Assembly: GCA_963665845.2 (NCBI GenBank)
Contig: OY762492.1
Location: forward strand, 2,976,001-3,040,000
Source: Candidatus Poribacteria bacterium
Lineage (GTDB): Bacteria; Poribacteria; WGA-4E; GCA-2687025
Reading direction: 5' to 3'
Length of the DNA: 64,000 nucleotides
Positions 49,732 to 59,155 of this stretch are shown here, in pieces. A program made the translations under genes and the position numbers. Below the pieces are notes generated by a model. That model searched no databases. It saw only the letters and a program-made list of their open reading frames with translations, and was not told where the DNA came from. The first letter of the stretch is position 1. Each line of letters starts with the position of its first letter.

Positions 49732-52700
49732 CTATTTCAAAACGACCATGCGCCGCAGCGCCGTGAACGAACCCGCCTCTATGCGGACATAATAAACGCC
49801 GCTGGCTACAGGTTCGCCCAGGCTGTTCCGTCCGTCCCAATGGGCGGACCTTGACCGGCTGCGGTAGGCTCCCGCCGGCAATTGTCCCAGCTCCAAAACG
49901 CGGACGGTTTGACCCGCCGAGTTGTAGATCGTCAACTTCACGCGGGACGCTTCCGACAGATCAAACGGGATCCAGGTTTCGGGGTTGAACGGGTTGGGGT
50001 AGTTCGGCAACAGCGCGTTTGTGGACACAACATGCCGCGGCGACCGAAGCATGCCCTCCAAAACAGCGATGCCGCGTTTCGCCGAGTCGCTGCGGACAAT
50101 CAGCCTTTGAGCGTCGTTCAGCCATGCCGAAACCTGCGGAACGGAAAGAGCCTCCCGCGCCGCCGCCAACGCTGGAGCCGCCGCAACCGCCCCGGCCTGC
50201 CCAGCCAGGGCGTCCACAACCAGCAGAACGTCGGCGATGTCGACGACGCCGTCGCCGTTCACATCCGCGCCGCTGCCGCCGCCGCTTCCGTAGTTCGCCG
50301 CGATATGCGCTAAGTCGGCGATGTCCACAACGCCGTCGCCGTTGGCGTCCAGCTGGGGCGACGGCATTGACCAGAAGCGCAACGTCCTGTCCCGGCTTCC
50401 GCTGATGAGCGCTTGACCGTCCGGCGAATAGGCAACCGCGTAAACGGTACCCGTATGCCCCTCTAACGTTTCTTTATGCCGGCCGTTTCCGGACGCCCAG
50501 AGATGAACGGTTCCGTCCTGATTTCCGGAGGCAAGCGTTGAACCGTCCGGCGAAAAGGCGACCGAAAACAGGAGACCCGCCGTCCCGCCTACCGTACGAG
50601 TATGGAGAAGCGATTGCGATGAGACATCCCAAAAACGAATCGTCTCGTCGGCGCTGCCGCTCGCCAGAACCGTTCCATCCGGCGAAAAGGCGACCGAGTA
50701 GATCGTCCGCCCATGCTTTTTCATGGTCGCAAGAGGCTTGCCGGTCTTGGCGTTCCAGAGGCGGACGGTTCGGTCGGCGCCGCCGCTGGCGATGAGCGTT
50801 CCGTCGGGAGAGAAGGCGGCTGTCCGAACGACGCCCGCATGCTGAGTCATCGTTTTGATCAAGGCTCCCGTATTCGCGTTCCAGAGGCGGACGGTTCGGT
50901 CGCCGCTTGCGCTGACGATAGCGGATCCGTCCGGCGAATAGTCGACGGCGTAAACGTCGCCCTCGTGTCCTTCCAGCGTTCGGACATGCGCGCCCGTTTC
51001 AGCGTTCCAGAGGCGTATCGTGTCGTCGGCGCTGCCGGCGGCGAGCATGGTTCCGTCCGGCGAGAAGGCGGCGGAGCGGACATCGCCCGTATGCTCCGTC
51101 AGTTCAAGGAGCGGCGTTTCTTCATTCACATCCCAGATGAGAACCGTATCGTCCGCGGAGGCGGTGGCGATGCGGTTTCCGTCAGATGAATACGCCGCCG
51201 CTAAAACGGCGCCCCTATGGCCAGTCAATACCCGCGGAGGCGCATAGTGGACGGTATAGACGGCGGAAGCTAAGTTATTCCCCGCGGCGCCGGCGGGAAT
51301 GCTCACCGTGACGGCTCCCGCGCTGGACGGCTCAATGGCCGCTGTGTAGGAGTTGCCGCTGCCGGACAGGTTCGTTACGGCGCCGTTTGCCGCGTCAATA
51401 TCCGACGCTTCAAACCCATCAACCGCCGCGCTGAATGTGATGGACACATAAAACGCGCTATTAACGCTGCCGCGCGGTCCGGAAATCTCCGCCGTAACAG
51501 GGGCGTCTTTCAAACTCCAAATTCGAATCGTTTCATCGTCGCTTCCGCTGGCAAGAAAGGAGCCGTCTGGAGAATACGCCGCTGAATTGACCGAACCTGT
51601 ATGCCTGTCGAACACTTGCATCATCGCGCCCGTTTCGGCATTCCAGATTCGAACCGTATTGTCCCTGCTGCCGCTGGCAAGCCGCGTACCGTCCGGAGAA
51701 TACGCCGCGGATTCAACCAAAGACGTATGCCCCTCAAGCGTCCGTATCAAAGCGCCTGTCTCGGCGCTCCAGATTGCTATGTTATTCCAGCTGCCGCCGG
51801 CAAGCTGGAGGCCGTCTGGAGAATACGTTACAGAACTGACCCGTAAATTTTCTCCGCTGCGTATGAGCGCGCCCGTCTCGGCATTCCAGATCCGTAATGT
51901 GTTGTCATCGCCGCAGCTGGCAAGCTGGAGGCCGTCTGGAGAATACGCTATGGAATTAACCGAATCCGTATGTCCTATGAGCGTTCGGACATGCGCGCCC
52001 GTCTCGGCGCTCCAAATGCGAATCGTATGATCGCCGCTGCCGCTCGCAAGCCAGAGACCGCCCGGCGAATACGCTATGGCATGGACCGAGTCTGTATGCC
52101 CTGTGAGCGTTCGGACATGCGCGCCTGTATCGGCGCTCCAAATGCGAATCGTATGATCGCCGCTGCCGCTCGCAAGCCAGAGACCGCCCGGAGAATACGC
52201 TACGGAATGGACCCAATCCGTATGCTCTGTAAGCGTTCGGATATGCGCGCCTGTTTCAGCGTTCCAGATGCGAATCGTGTCGTCTAGACTGCCGCTGGCA
52301 AGCTGGCGGCTGTCCGGAGAATACGCCACAGATTCGACATAAAACCGATGCCCCGCGAGCGTTCGTAAGCGTTCGCTCGTCTCGGCGCTCCAGATCCGTA
52401 TGGCGCTGTCGTCGCTGGCGCTGGCAAGCCGGGCGCCGTCCGGCGAATACGCTATGGAGTTGACCGACTTCGTATGCCCGGCGATTGTTCGGAGATGCGC
52501 GCCGGTTTCGGCGCTCCAGATCCGTATGGCGTTGTCGTCGCTGGCGCTGACAAGCTGCATACCGTCCGGCGAATACGCTACAGAATTGACATAGCCAGTA
52601 TGCCCTGTGAGCGTTCGGAGACGCGCGCCCGTTTCGGCGTCCCAGATGCGAATCGCGTTGTCCAAACTGCCGCTGGCAAGCCGGGCGCTGTCCGGCGAAT

Positions 52701-53349
52701 ACGCTACGGATTTGACATATAACCGAGTCCCCTCAAGCGTTCGGACATGCGCGCCTGTTTCGGCGTCCCAGATGCGAATCATATTGTCATTGCCGCCGCT
52801 GGCAAGCTGGACGCCGTCCGGCGAATACGCTACAGAATTGACCGAGTCCGTATGACCTGTGAGCGTTCGGAGATGCGCGCCGGTATCGGCGTCCCAGATG
52901 CGAATCGTATGATCGTCGCTGCCGCTGGCAAGCTGGACGCCGTCCGGCGAATACGCTACAGAATTGACCCAGTCAGTATGTCCCCAGAGTGTTTGTACCG
53001 CCGCGCCCGTCTCGGCGTTCCAGATCCGTACGGCGCCGTCCCAGCCGGCGCTGGCAATCCGCGTACTGTCCGGAGAATACGCGACGGAAGTAACCGGACC
53101 CGTATGACCTGTGAGCGTTCGGACATGCGCGCCCGTCTCGGCGTTCCAGATGCGAATAGACCGGTCTTGGCTGCCGCTGGCAAGATAGGCGCCGTCCGGA
53201 GAATACGCTACAGATTCGACAGAAGACGTATGCCCCGCCAGCGTTTTCACCGCTTGCGCCTGGCTGTTTTGGTTAAAAATGCCGGCGAACAGCAGCGGCG
53301 CCGTCCAGCAGAAAAGGCGGAACATCACAGAACGAAGCGGGCGTGTCAT
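49732..53349 (-). CDS. Secreted WD40 protein (14 WD-Ig-7 WD) with dockerin-like domain and FlgD-Ig/T9SS-like C-terminal domain
   Basis: 21 WD40 repeats; DANGDGVVDIADL / DVNGDGVVDIADV; NYPNPFNPETWIPF...WDGRN..GEPVASGVY. Start set at MTRPLR. Confidence 0.9.
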   Translation of the reverse strand: MTRPLRSVMFRLFCWTAPLLFAGIFNQNSQAQAVKTLAGHTSSVESVAYSPDGAYLASGSQDRSIRIWNAETGAHVRTLTGHTGPVTSVAYSPDSTRIASAGWDGAVRIWNAETGAAVQTLWGHTDWVNSVAYSPDGVQLASGSDDHTIRIWDADTGAHLRTLTGHTDSVNSVAYSPDGVQLASGGNDNMIRIWDAETGAHVRTLEGTRLYVKSVAYSPDSARLASGSLDNAIRIWDAETGARLRTLTGHTGYVNSVAYSPDGMQLVSASDDNAIRIWSAETGAHLRTIAGHTKSVNSIAYSPDGARLASASDDSAIRIWSAETSERLRTLAGHRFYVESVAYSPDSRQLASGSLDDTIRIWNAETGAHIRTLTEHTDWVHSVAYSPGGLWLASGSGDHTIRIWSADTGAHVRTLTGHTDSVHAIAYSPGGLWLASGSGDHTIRIWSAETGAHVRTLIGHTDSVNSIAYSPDGLQLASCGDDNTLRIWNAETGALIRSGENLRVSSVTYSPDGLQLAGGSWNNIAIWSAETGALIRTLEGHTSLVESAAYSPDGTRLASGSRDNTVRIWNAETGAMMQVFDRHTGSVNSAAYSPDGSFLASGSDDETIRIWSLKDAPVTAEISGPRGSVNSAFYVSITFSAAVDGFEASDIDAANGAVTNLSGSGNSYTAAIEPSSAGAVTVSIPAGAAGNNLASAVYTVHYAPPRVLTGHRGAVLAAAYSSDGNRIATASADDTVLIWDVNEETPLLELTEHTGDVRSAAFSPDGTMLAAGSADDTIRLWNAETGAHVRTLEGHEGDVYAVDYSPDGSAIVSASGDRTVRLWNANTGALIKTMTQHAGVVRTAAFSPDGTLIASGGADRTVRLWNAKTGKPLATMKKHGRTIYSVAFSPDGTVLASGSADETIRFWDVSSQSLLHTRTVGGTAGLLFSVAFSPDGSTLASGNQDGTVHLWASGNGRHKETLEGHTGTVYAVAYSPDGQALISGSRDRTLRFWSMPSPQLDANGDGVVDIADLAHIAANYGSGGGSGADVNGDGVVDIADVLLVVDALAGQAGAVAAAPALAAAREALSVPQVSAWLNDAQRLIVRSDSAKRGIAVLEGMLRSPRHVVSTNALLPNYPNPFNPETWIPFDLSEASRVKLTIYNSAGQTVRVLELGQLPAGAYRSRSRSAHWDGRNSLGEPVASGVYYVRIEAGSFTALRRMVVLK

Positions 53350-53469
53350 CAGGCTCTCCAAATCAGATCGACAGGTTGGTTCAGCGGACAAGCGTATGAT
53401 ACCGATTTGGACGCCGGCGGGCTATTTTAAATGCGGCTGCCGATTTTCAGCCTCATTCCGAATCCAGCC

Positions 53470-54110
53470 CCTCTTTTCAATCCTGAAAATCTTAGTTCAA
53501 ACAACGGCTAAGATTCCCGCACGTATTACCGCAAGGGCGGGAATGACCCCCGTTTTCACGGGGGCAGGCTATGGGCGCGGGAACGACTCCCCCCTTGAAA
53601 AGGGGGGCAGGGGGGGTTTTGAGCGCGGGTTGCGCTTGGTTTTGAACTAGGATGGAAGGATGATTAAGATTGCCAAGACAGCGGCTCAAGGGAAATTTCT
53701 TGGCAATCTTTTCCATCTTGGCAATCCTAGTTCAGACAATGGCTAAGATTCCCGCTTGCGCGGCAATGACCCCCGTTTTCACGGGGGCAGGCTATGGGCG
53801 CGGGAACGACTCCCCCCTTGAAAAGGGGGGCAGGGGGGGTTTTGAGCGCGGGTTGCGCTTGGTTTTGAACTAGGATGGAAGGATGATTAAGATTGCCAAG
53901 ACAGCGGCTCAAGGGAAATTTCTTGGCAATCTTTTCCATCTTGGCAATCCTAGTTCAGACAATGGCTAAGATTCCCGCTTGCGCGGCAATGACGATTTGA
54001 GACGCGGGATGCTTGGGGTGAACGCGGACGGTTTCTGTCGGGACTCTGGATTCCCGCTTACGCGGGAATGACGAGGACGAGAAGCGGGAATGACGAGGAC
54101 GAGAAGCGGG
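53470..54110. repeat. Tandemly duplicated (about 223-235 bp) mosaic repeat block
   Basis: GGCTAAGATTCCCGC unit recurs at about 53505, 53740 and 53963. Contains REP, CCCCGTTTTCACGGGG and CCCCCCTTGAAAAGGGGGG modules. Confidence 0.85.
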
Positions 54111-55484
54111 TTACTCGGCAGATGTGAGAACAGCGACCCAGCCCGAGTCGCTCGGCGCCTCTATGCGAGTCGCTTTGCCCGCCTCGATGGACGCTTCGCC
54201 GCCCCATTCGCCTGTTGAGACGTTCAGCCAGCGCAGGCGCGCCTTGCCCGCCATCTCCGACAGGTCGATGGAGACGGCGCCGCCTTTTGTGAAATAAAGC
54301 GCGTAGGTTTCGCCCGCCTTTCGCGCGAGATACGCTTCATTCTCTTCGCGTTCGCTCAACAGCTCCTGCATCGGCTCCATTTCCCAGAACGGCGTGATCG
54401 CCTCCAGCAGGCGCGCCGCCTTGACCGACGCCTTCGCGCGCTCCGCCAACCCAAGCCCTGTCGGCGGTCGGTGAAAGCGGGACGACGCCGCGCCTCCGAT
54501 CACATGGCGCCACCAACGCTCCACCCCCTCCTGCGAGTCGTAAAATTGTCCGCCGTCCGCGCCGTAAGTTTTGACGGCGTTCAACGGACGGGGGCGGTCG
54601 GCAATATAGGCGCGCGCCCACTGGAAATTGTCCCAGTGAGTTTGACCCGTTTTTTGATTGTTTTGCGATATGTCCGCAAAATCGTATCGATCAGGATGGT
54701 CAAAAGTGCGCTTATGGCGGTCCGCCCGCAGGTCCCAGTCGTCCCACATCTCCGTGACGCAGACCTGAACGCCCGCTTCCCGCGCCCGCCCGCGGATGTA
54801 GCTTGACCAGTAGACCGCCCACTCCTCCTCCGCGCCCGTTTCGTTGTCCATGCAGTAAAGAACATGGCGGTGTTTCAGCGTGTAGGAGAGCATTTTGTCG
54901 ACGAACATCTGCTGGTATTTCAACACGACTTCGTTGTTCCGCTGTTTCGGCGTCGTGAAGAAAAACGGCTGGTCGTTTCGCCCTGGATGATGCGGATAAT
55001 CCGCCGCCAGCCCCGACTCCTCATGCGTGTAGTTCACGTTGTTTTTCGGGTTGTAAGGATGCCCGATCCAGTTGTCGCGCGAGTAATCGAACCGATCCCA
55101 CACTTCGATCTGGACGATGATTTCGCGCTCCGCCGTCCATTTGAGCATGTTTTCAAACCGCTCCCAGTACGATTCGTTCCACTGGTCAAGGTCGTAACGC
55201 CCGTCCGGCAGCTGCGCGACGCGCCACAACTCAAAGCCGCGGTCTTTTCGGTCGCTCATGGTGTTGCGGATGTAATTGGCGCCCGCCGCCTTCATTTCGT
55301 CCAGATGCGCTTCCAGATGCGGTATCTGGAAGAGGCTGTCCTTGACGCTCGCGCCGAGAAGCATGACCGTTTTGCCGTTGTATTGCCAGTAGCGCGGGTT
55401 TTCATCGGAGGGGCGGATGCGGTTCTCGTCCGCTTCAGCCGCCGCGCACAAGAGACCCGCGACGCATACTGCAATCGACATCAT
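54111..55484 (-). CDS. Secreted putative glycoside hydrolase (TIM-barrel-like) with C-terminal small beta domain
   Basis: AAGGAG RBS and signal peptide; [24 protein letters not shown]...[11 protein letters not shown]. Confidence 0.55.
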   Translation of the reverse strand: MMSIAVCVAGLLCAAAEADENRIRPSDENPRYWQYNGKTVMLLGASVKDSLFQIPHLEAHLDEMKAAGANYIRNTMSDRKDRGFELWRVAQLPDGRYDLDQWNESYWERFENMLKWTAEREIIVQIEVWDRFDYSRDNWIGHPYNPKNNVNYTHEESGLAADYPHHPGRNDQPFFFTTPKQRNNEVVLKYQQMFVDKMLSYTLKHRHVLYCMDNETGAEEEWAVYWSSYIRGRAREAGVQVCVTEMWDDWDLRADRHKRTFDHPDRYDFADISQNNQKTGQTHWDNFQWARAYIADRPRPLNAVKTYGADGGQFYDSQEGVERWWRHVIGGAASSRFHRPPTGLGLAERAKASVKAARLLEAITPFWEMEPMQELLSEREENEAYLARKAGETYALYFTKGGAVSIDLSEMAGKARLRWLNVSTGEWGGEASIEAGKATRIEAPSDSGWVAVLTSAE

Positions 55485-55503
55485 TCTCGACTCCTTTAAT
55501 GTT

Positions 55504-56994
55504 TCAGCCCGCTTTTTCCAAAAACAGCTCCTGGTTCGTTTTTGCCGCGTAGATGCGCAGCTCCTTCGCCTCCGCGTCGTACGCATGGCGCGCCTGACGG
55601 CTTAAATTCGGGAGCGCAAACTCGGTCAGGAAGCTGCCGGGGAAATCCGCGTCGCGGTTCACCGCGTCCGCAAAGGCGGGGTCGTCCAGTATGCCTTCCA
55701 CATAAAGAACGCCGTTTTCAACATAGACGCGAAGCGAATAGTCCGGCAGGTCGGCGGGCAGCCGCTCCTTGCGCGGACGAAGGCTGACGGGGGTCTTGCG
55801 CGGCAGCTCCAGCGTAATCTCATAACCCTCCTTCGTCTCGGTCAAATGGTGCGCCATGCCGTATCGCCGGCGCCGTTCCAGTTCGTCTGTAAGACGCGCC
55901 TCTCCGCCCGGCAGCGGCTTGTCAGGCGGCTGGGTGTCTTCCATCGGCGGACGGGCGAGCGTGCGCGCGATCCCTTGAACCGCCGGCCAAACGAGCCACC
56001 CAAGCGCCCAGCCGTAAAGCGACGCTTTATACTGCCGATGAACAGGCGCATCCGCGGCGATGACCGACCAGGTGCGTACCAGCGCCTCAACGAAGCCGAA
56101 TGTCACGGCGAGCGTCAGGTAAAGGTTGGTCATCGGGCTGATGTTCCACCGCTCCGGTCCGACAACGGCTTGCGCCCATGCGAACGCGGCGAACGTGTAA
56201 AGAACCGCGTTCAAGCCGACATTCCACCAGGTGGAGGAGGCTGCGTTGAAACGCTTCTCGCCGGCGTAGCCTTCCAGCATATATTTTGCGCGGGCGGGCA
56301 AGGCGCCGAGTATTGGCTGCGCCGCCCAGATCAGAAAGCCGGCGATGCCGCCGATCGACATTTCGGGGCGGGGCGGGGGAGTTTCGACAACAGGCTCTTC
56401 TTCAGGCTCAAATTCGGGGTCTTCCTTATAGCCTTTAGGGACGACGAGGATATGCCCGCGCACCTCTTCAGGCGTTTCAGGATCGATCTTTTCGGCGCCG
56501 GGCGGGGGCGCGGTTTCGGCGGGGGAAGGCGCGGCGGGCGCGCTCGGAGCGGGAGCGGCGGGGCGAACGCCTGTCAACTGAATCAGGGCGACCTCGGCGT
56601 CCAGCGTCCCTTCTTCGACCGTTTCAAGGATGCGCCGGACACGATCGCGCGTTAGACTCACATCGCCGATCTCCACGGCTGCGGACGCGGCGGCGGGCTG
56701 CGCCAACTCACCCTCTTCCTCCTCCACTGAGGAGACGGCGTCTTCAACCGAAAGCCGCTCAAACGCCTCGCGGTTGATGTCGATATACGACTCCCACTGG
56801 CTCGGGACGTCCGACTCCTCAAAGATGGCGTCCACAGGGCATTCGGGTCGGCAAGCGTCGCAATCGATGCACTCGTCGGGATGAATATACAGCTGATCTT
56901 CGCCGTCAAACTCATAGATGCAGTCGACGGGGCAGACGATGACGCATGCCGTGTCTTTAACGTCTACGCACGGTTCGCAGATGATATATGCCAT
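55504..56994 (-). CDS. 7Fe-type ferredoxin fused to a membrane region and an Hsp20-like C-terminal domain
   Basis: [26 protein letters not shown]...[16 protein letters not shown]; 3-4 hydrophobic segments; C-terminal [33 protein letters not shown]. Confidence 0.75.
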   Translation of the reverse strand: MAYIICEPCVDVKDTACVIVCPVDCIYEFDGEDQLYIHPDECIDCDACRPECPVDAIFEESDVPSQWESYIDINREAFERLSVEDAVSSVEEEEGELAQPAAASAAVEIGDVSLTRDRVRRILETVEEGTLDAEVALIQLTGVRPAAPAPSAPAAPSPAETAPPPGAEKIDPETPEEVRGHILVVPKGYKEDPEFEPEEEPVVETPPPRPEMSIGGIAGFLIWAAQPILGALPARAKYMLEGYAGEKRFNAASSTWWNVGLNAVLYTFAAFAWAQAVVGPERWNISPMTNLYLTLAVTFGFVEALVRTWSVIAADAPVHRQYKASLYGWALGWLVWPAVQGIARTLARPPMEDTQPPDKPLPGGEARLTDELERRRRYGMAHHLTETKEGYEITLELPRKTPVSLRPRKERLPADLPDYSLRVYVENGVLYVEGILDDPAFADAVNRDADFPGSFLTEFALPNLSRQARHAYDAEAKELRIYAAKTNQELFLEKAG

Positions 56995-57755
56995 GTGTAT
57001 TTCTCCATATACGCCTCGGCGTCCAGGCCGCCGATCAATACAGGCGCGGACTGCAGCTCGGCGGCGCTTCGCTCCGCGTCAAACCGCGCGGAATCGATCA
57101 GATAAACGCGCCCGCCGTTCGGGTCGCCGCGCCGTTTCATGTGTGTGAAGCGGACATATCCGCCCGCGCGGGAGGCAACGTAACCTGGCAGATAATTCGG
57201 ATCGTCCGACAAGCCGATCTCCGCCTTGACGAACGGCGCGGACGCCGCCTTGGACGCCAGCGCGAGCGCGTCAATAAAACGAACGCTCAACCCGCGCCGC
57301 TGCGCCCATTCCATGGCGCGTTCCCGCGCTCCAGGCTCCCAGTCAAATGCGGACACGCGAACCCCTTTCTCTCGGTTCGGATCCAGGCGCGCGCCTGTTT
57401 GGGCGTCCATCAACGCCGCGCCGCGCATGTTCGGTTCGCGCGTCAACGTTTCAACCGCCCGCCGCGCCGCCGACGTTGAAACGCCCCGATCCCGCAGTTC
57501 CGTTTCCGCCAAAGAAAGCCCTTCCGCCGCGCTTTTCACCCAAACCGTCGTTACGTTGAGGGCAGGCGCTTTGCGTATCGCGTCGGCGCGGATCGGCTCT
57601 AGCGTCAACGCGATGCGCGCGCCGTCCAGTTGACAGCGGCGCATCAACTCGGCGACAGCGCCATGCCGCTCCGACATCGGAACGAGACGCTCCGCGCCGG
57701 AAACATGCCGTCCGCCGAGACGGGCGCGCATCCTTGCCGATACCCAACTCTTCAC
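56964..57755 (-). CDS. bioW: 6-carboxyhexanoate--CoA ligase (pimeloyl-CoA synthetase)
   Basis: RMRA...[47 protein letters not shown]. Confidence 0.88.
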   Translation of the reverse strand: MKSWVSARMRARLGGRHVSGAERLVPMSERHGAVAELMRRCQLDGARIALTLEPIRADAIRKAPALNVTTVWVKSAAEGLSLAETELRDRGVSTSAARRAVETLTREPNMRGAALMDAQTGARLDPNREKGVRVSAFDWEPGARERAMEWAQRRGLSVRFIDALALASKAASAPFVKAEIGLSDDPNYLPGYVASRAGGYVRFTHMKRRGDPNGGRVYLIDSARFDAERSAAELQSAPVLIGGLDAEAYMEKYTWHISSANRA

Positions 57756-57800
57756 AGCCTTATGTTGCCATGCAAGACGCCAAAGGGCAAGGCTGGCTCT

Positions 57801-57886
57801 CGACCTTACCCTTTAGTTGGGACGCGGCGGCATGACGTCTTACCGGAAGGGCGGCGCCTAAGATTCCCGCTTACGCGGGAATGACA
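57801..57886. repeat. Degenerate MITE half ending at a REP hairpin
   Basis: GACCTTACCCTTTAGTTGGGAC...ATTCCCGCTTACGCGGGAATGAC. Confidence 0.65.
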
Positions 57887-57911
57887 GCGATGAGTGCGCG
57901 CGGCGGCTTGC

Positions 57912-58694
57912 TTACTGCGTTTTGACGTCCGCCCAGGTCGCCGCCAGTTTGCCGCGCGGGTCGACGGAGAGCAGCGTCGTCAGCCCCTCGTTCATGAGCG
58001 TCTGCATGTCGTCCGTCGTCAGCGCGGCGCTAAACAGCGCCACTTCGGACAGCATGCCGTTCAGCGTCTCGGAGGTGTTGTCCGTCCATCCGCCGATGTT
58101 GACAGGGGTGTCGTTGCGCGGCGCGGGCGGTCCGAGTCCGCCTGTGAAGCCGATCTCGACGCCGTTTTCGTAGATGCGGATCGTTCCCTCGCCATCGTAG
58201 GTCGCGGTCATGTAGAGCCAGACGCCCTTCTTGACGGAACCCTTGCCCCATGCGCCTTTCCAGCCGTTATTCGCAAAATACGCTTCCCAGCCGGTTCCGT
58301 TGTTGCTCGTTCTGAAGGCGTAATTGGCGACCGTGACGCCATGGGGCCGTTTCGCCAAAATATGCCCGTAGCTGGTTTCGGCGTTGTTGACAAATATCCA
58401 TGCGGTGATTGTCCATGCGCCGTCGATGTAGAGGCTGTCGGAATCGGGAATGATGACGCGGTCGTCGTTGCCGTTGAGGCTCAAGGCGGGGCGTCCTTCG
58501 CGCCCGTCGACCCATTCGCCGCCTTGACGTTCGCCGTCGTTGCCGTTGTCGGAGCTGTCTTTAATCTTGTCGCCGCTGCCTTCGTCCAGCAGCCAGATGC
58601 CGCGCGCGTCTTCAAAGTTCAGTTCTGCCTGCGCCGCCGACGCGAAGATCAAGCCGACCGCCGCCGCCGAAACGCAGATCGTTTTCCATGTCAT
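57912..58694 (-). CDS. Secreted LamG/ConA-like domain protein with SVDPRGKLAATWADVK tail
   Basis: WLLDEGSG..IKDSS.NGNDG, TITAWI, ATYDG..IRIYENG, NIGG, LSEVALFSAALT; signal peptide. Confidence 0.88.
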   Translation of the reverse strand: MTWKTICVSAAAVGLIFASAAQAELNFEDARGIWLLDEGSGDKIKDSSDNGNDGERQGGEWVDGREGRPALSLNGNDDRVIIPDSDSLYIDGAWTITAWIFVNNAETSYGHILAKRPHGVTVANYAFRTSNNGTGWEAYFANNGWKGAWGKGSVKKGVWLYMTATYDGEGTIRIYENGVEIGFTGGLGPPAPRNDTPVNIGGWTDNTSETLNGMLSEVALFSAALTTDDMQTLMNEGLTTLLSVDPRGKLAATWADVKTQ

Positions 58695-58781
58695 GTTGCC
58701 GCCTTCAGTTGAGTTGCCAGTATTAAGGGCGTAACGCCGCCAGTATAAACCGCATGTTTGACGAAGGCAAGCTTTTCAGAC

Positions 58782-59142
58782 TGACCTTACATCTTTAGTT
58801 GGGACATGCCGGCGGGCGAACGCGGACGTCTTCTGCGGCGCCTCTAGATTCCCGCTTACGCGGGAATGCATGTCCTCGCGGAAGCGGGGAACGAATAGCC
58901 CAATAACAGCGGTCGGAGCGCGGTTTCTGGACTCCCCCCTTGAAAAGGGGGCAGGGGGGTTTTGAGCGCGGGTTGCGCTTGGTTTTGAACTAGGATGAAA
59001 GGATGATTAAGATTGCCAAGAGCGCCGCTCACGGGAATTTCTTTGGCAATCTTTTCAATCTTGGCAATCCTAGTTCAGACAGCAGACGGTTTCGGCGGCG
59101 CCTCTGGATTCCCGCACGTTTTACCGCAGGAGCGGGAATGAC
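58782..59142. repeat. Mosaic repeat cluster starting with a MITE half
   Basis: TGACCTTACATCTTTAGTTGGGACAT, REP doublet, CCCCCCTTGAAAAGGGGG, and modules shared with 23060-23375 and 53470-54110. Confidence 0.82.
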
Positions 59143-59155
59143 TATCAGATCTGTT

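Noticed and set aside
43117-53349. Diversity-generating retroelement acting on the WD40 genes
   Set aside because: No reverse transcriptase gene and no template/variable repeat pair with adenine-specific differences is visible.
53492-53939. Duplicated 70-74 aa ORFs (MEKIAKKF...) and other small ORFs in repeat clusters
   Set aside because: They are translations of non-coding palindromic repeat modules.
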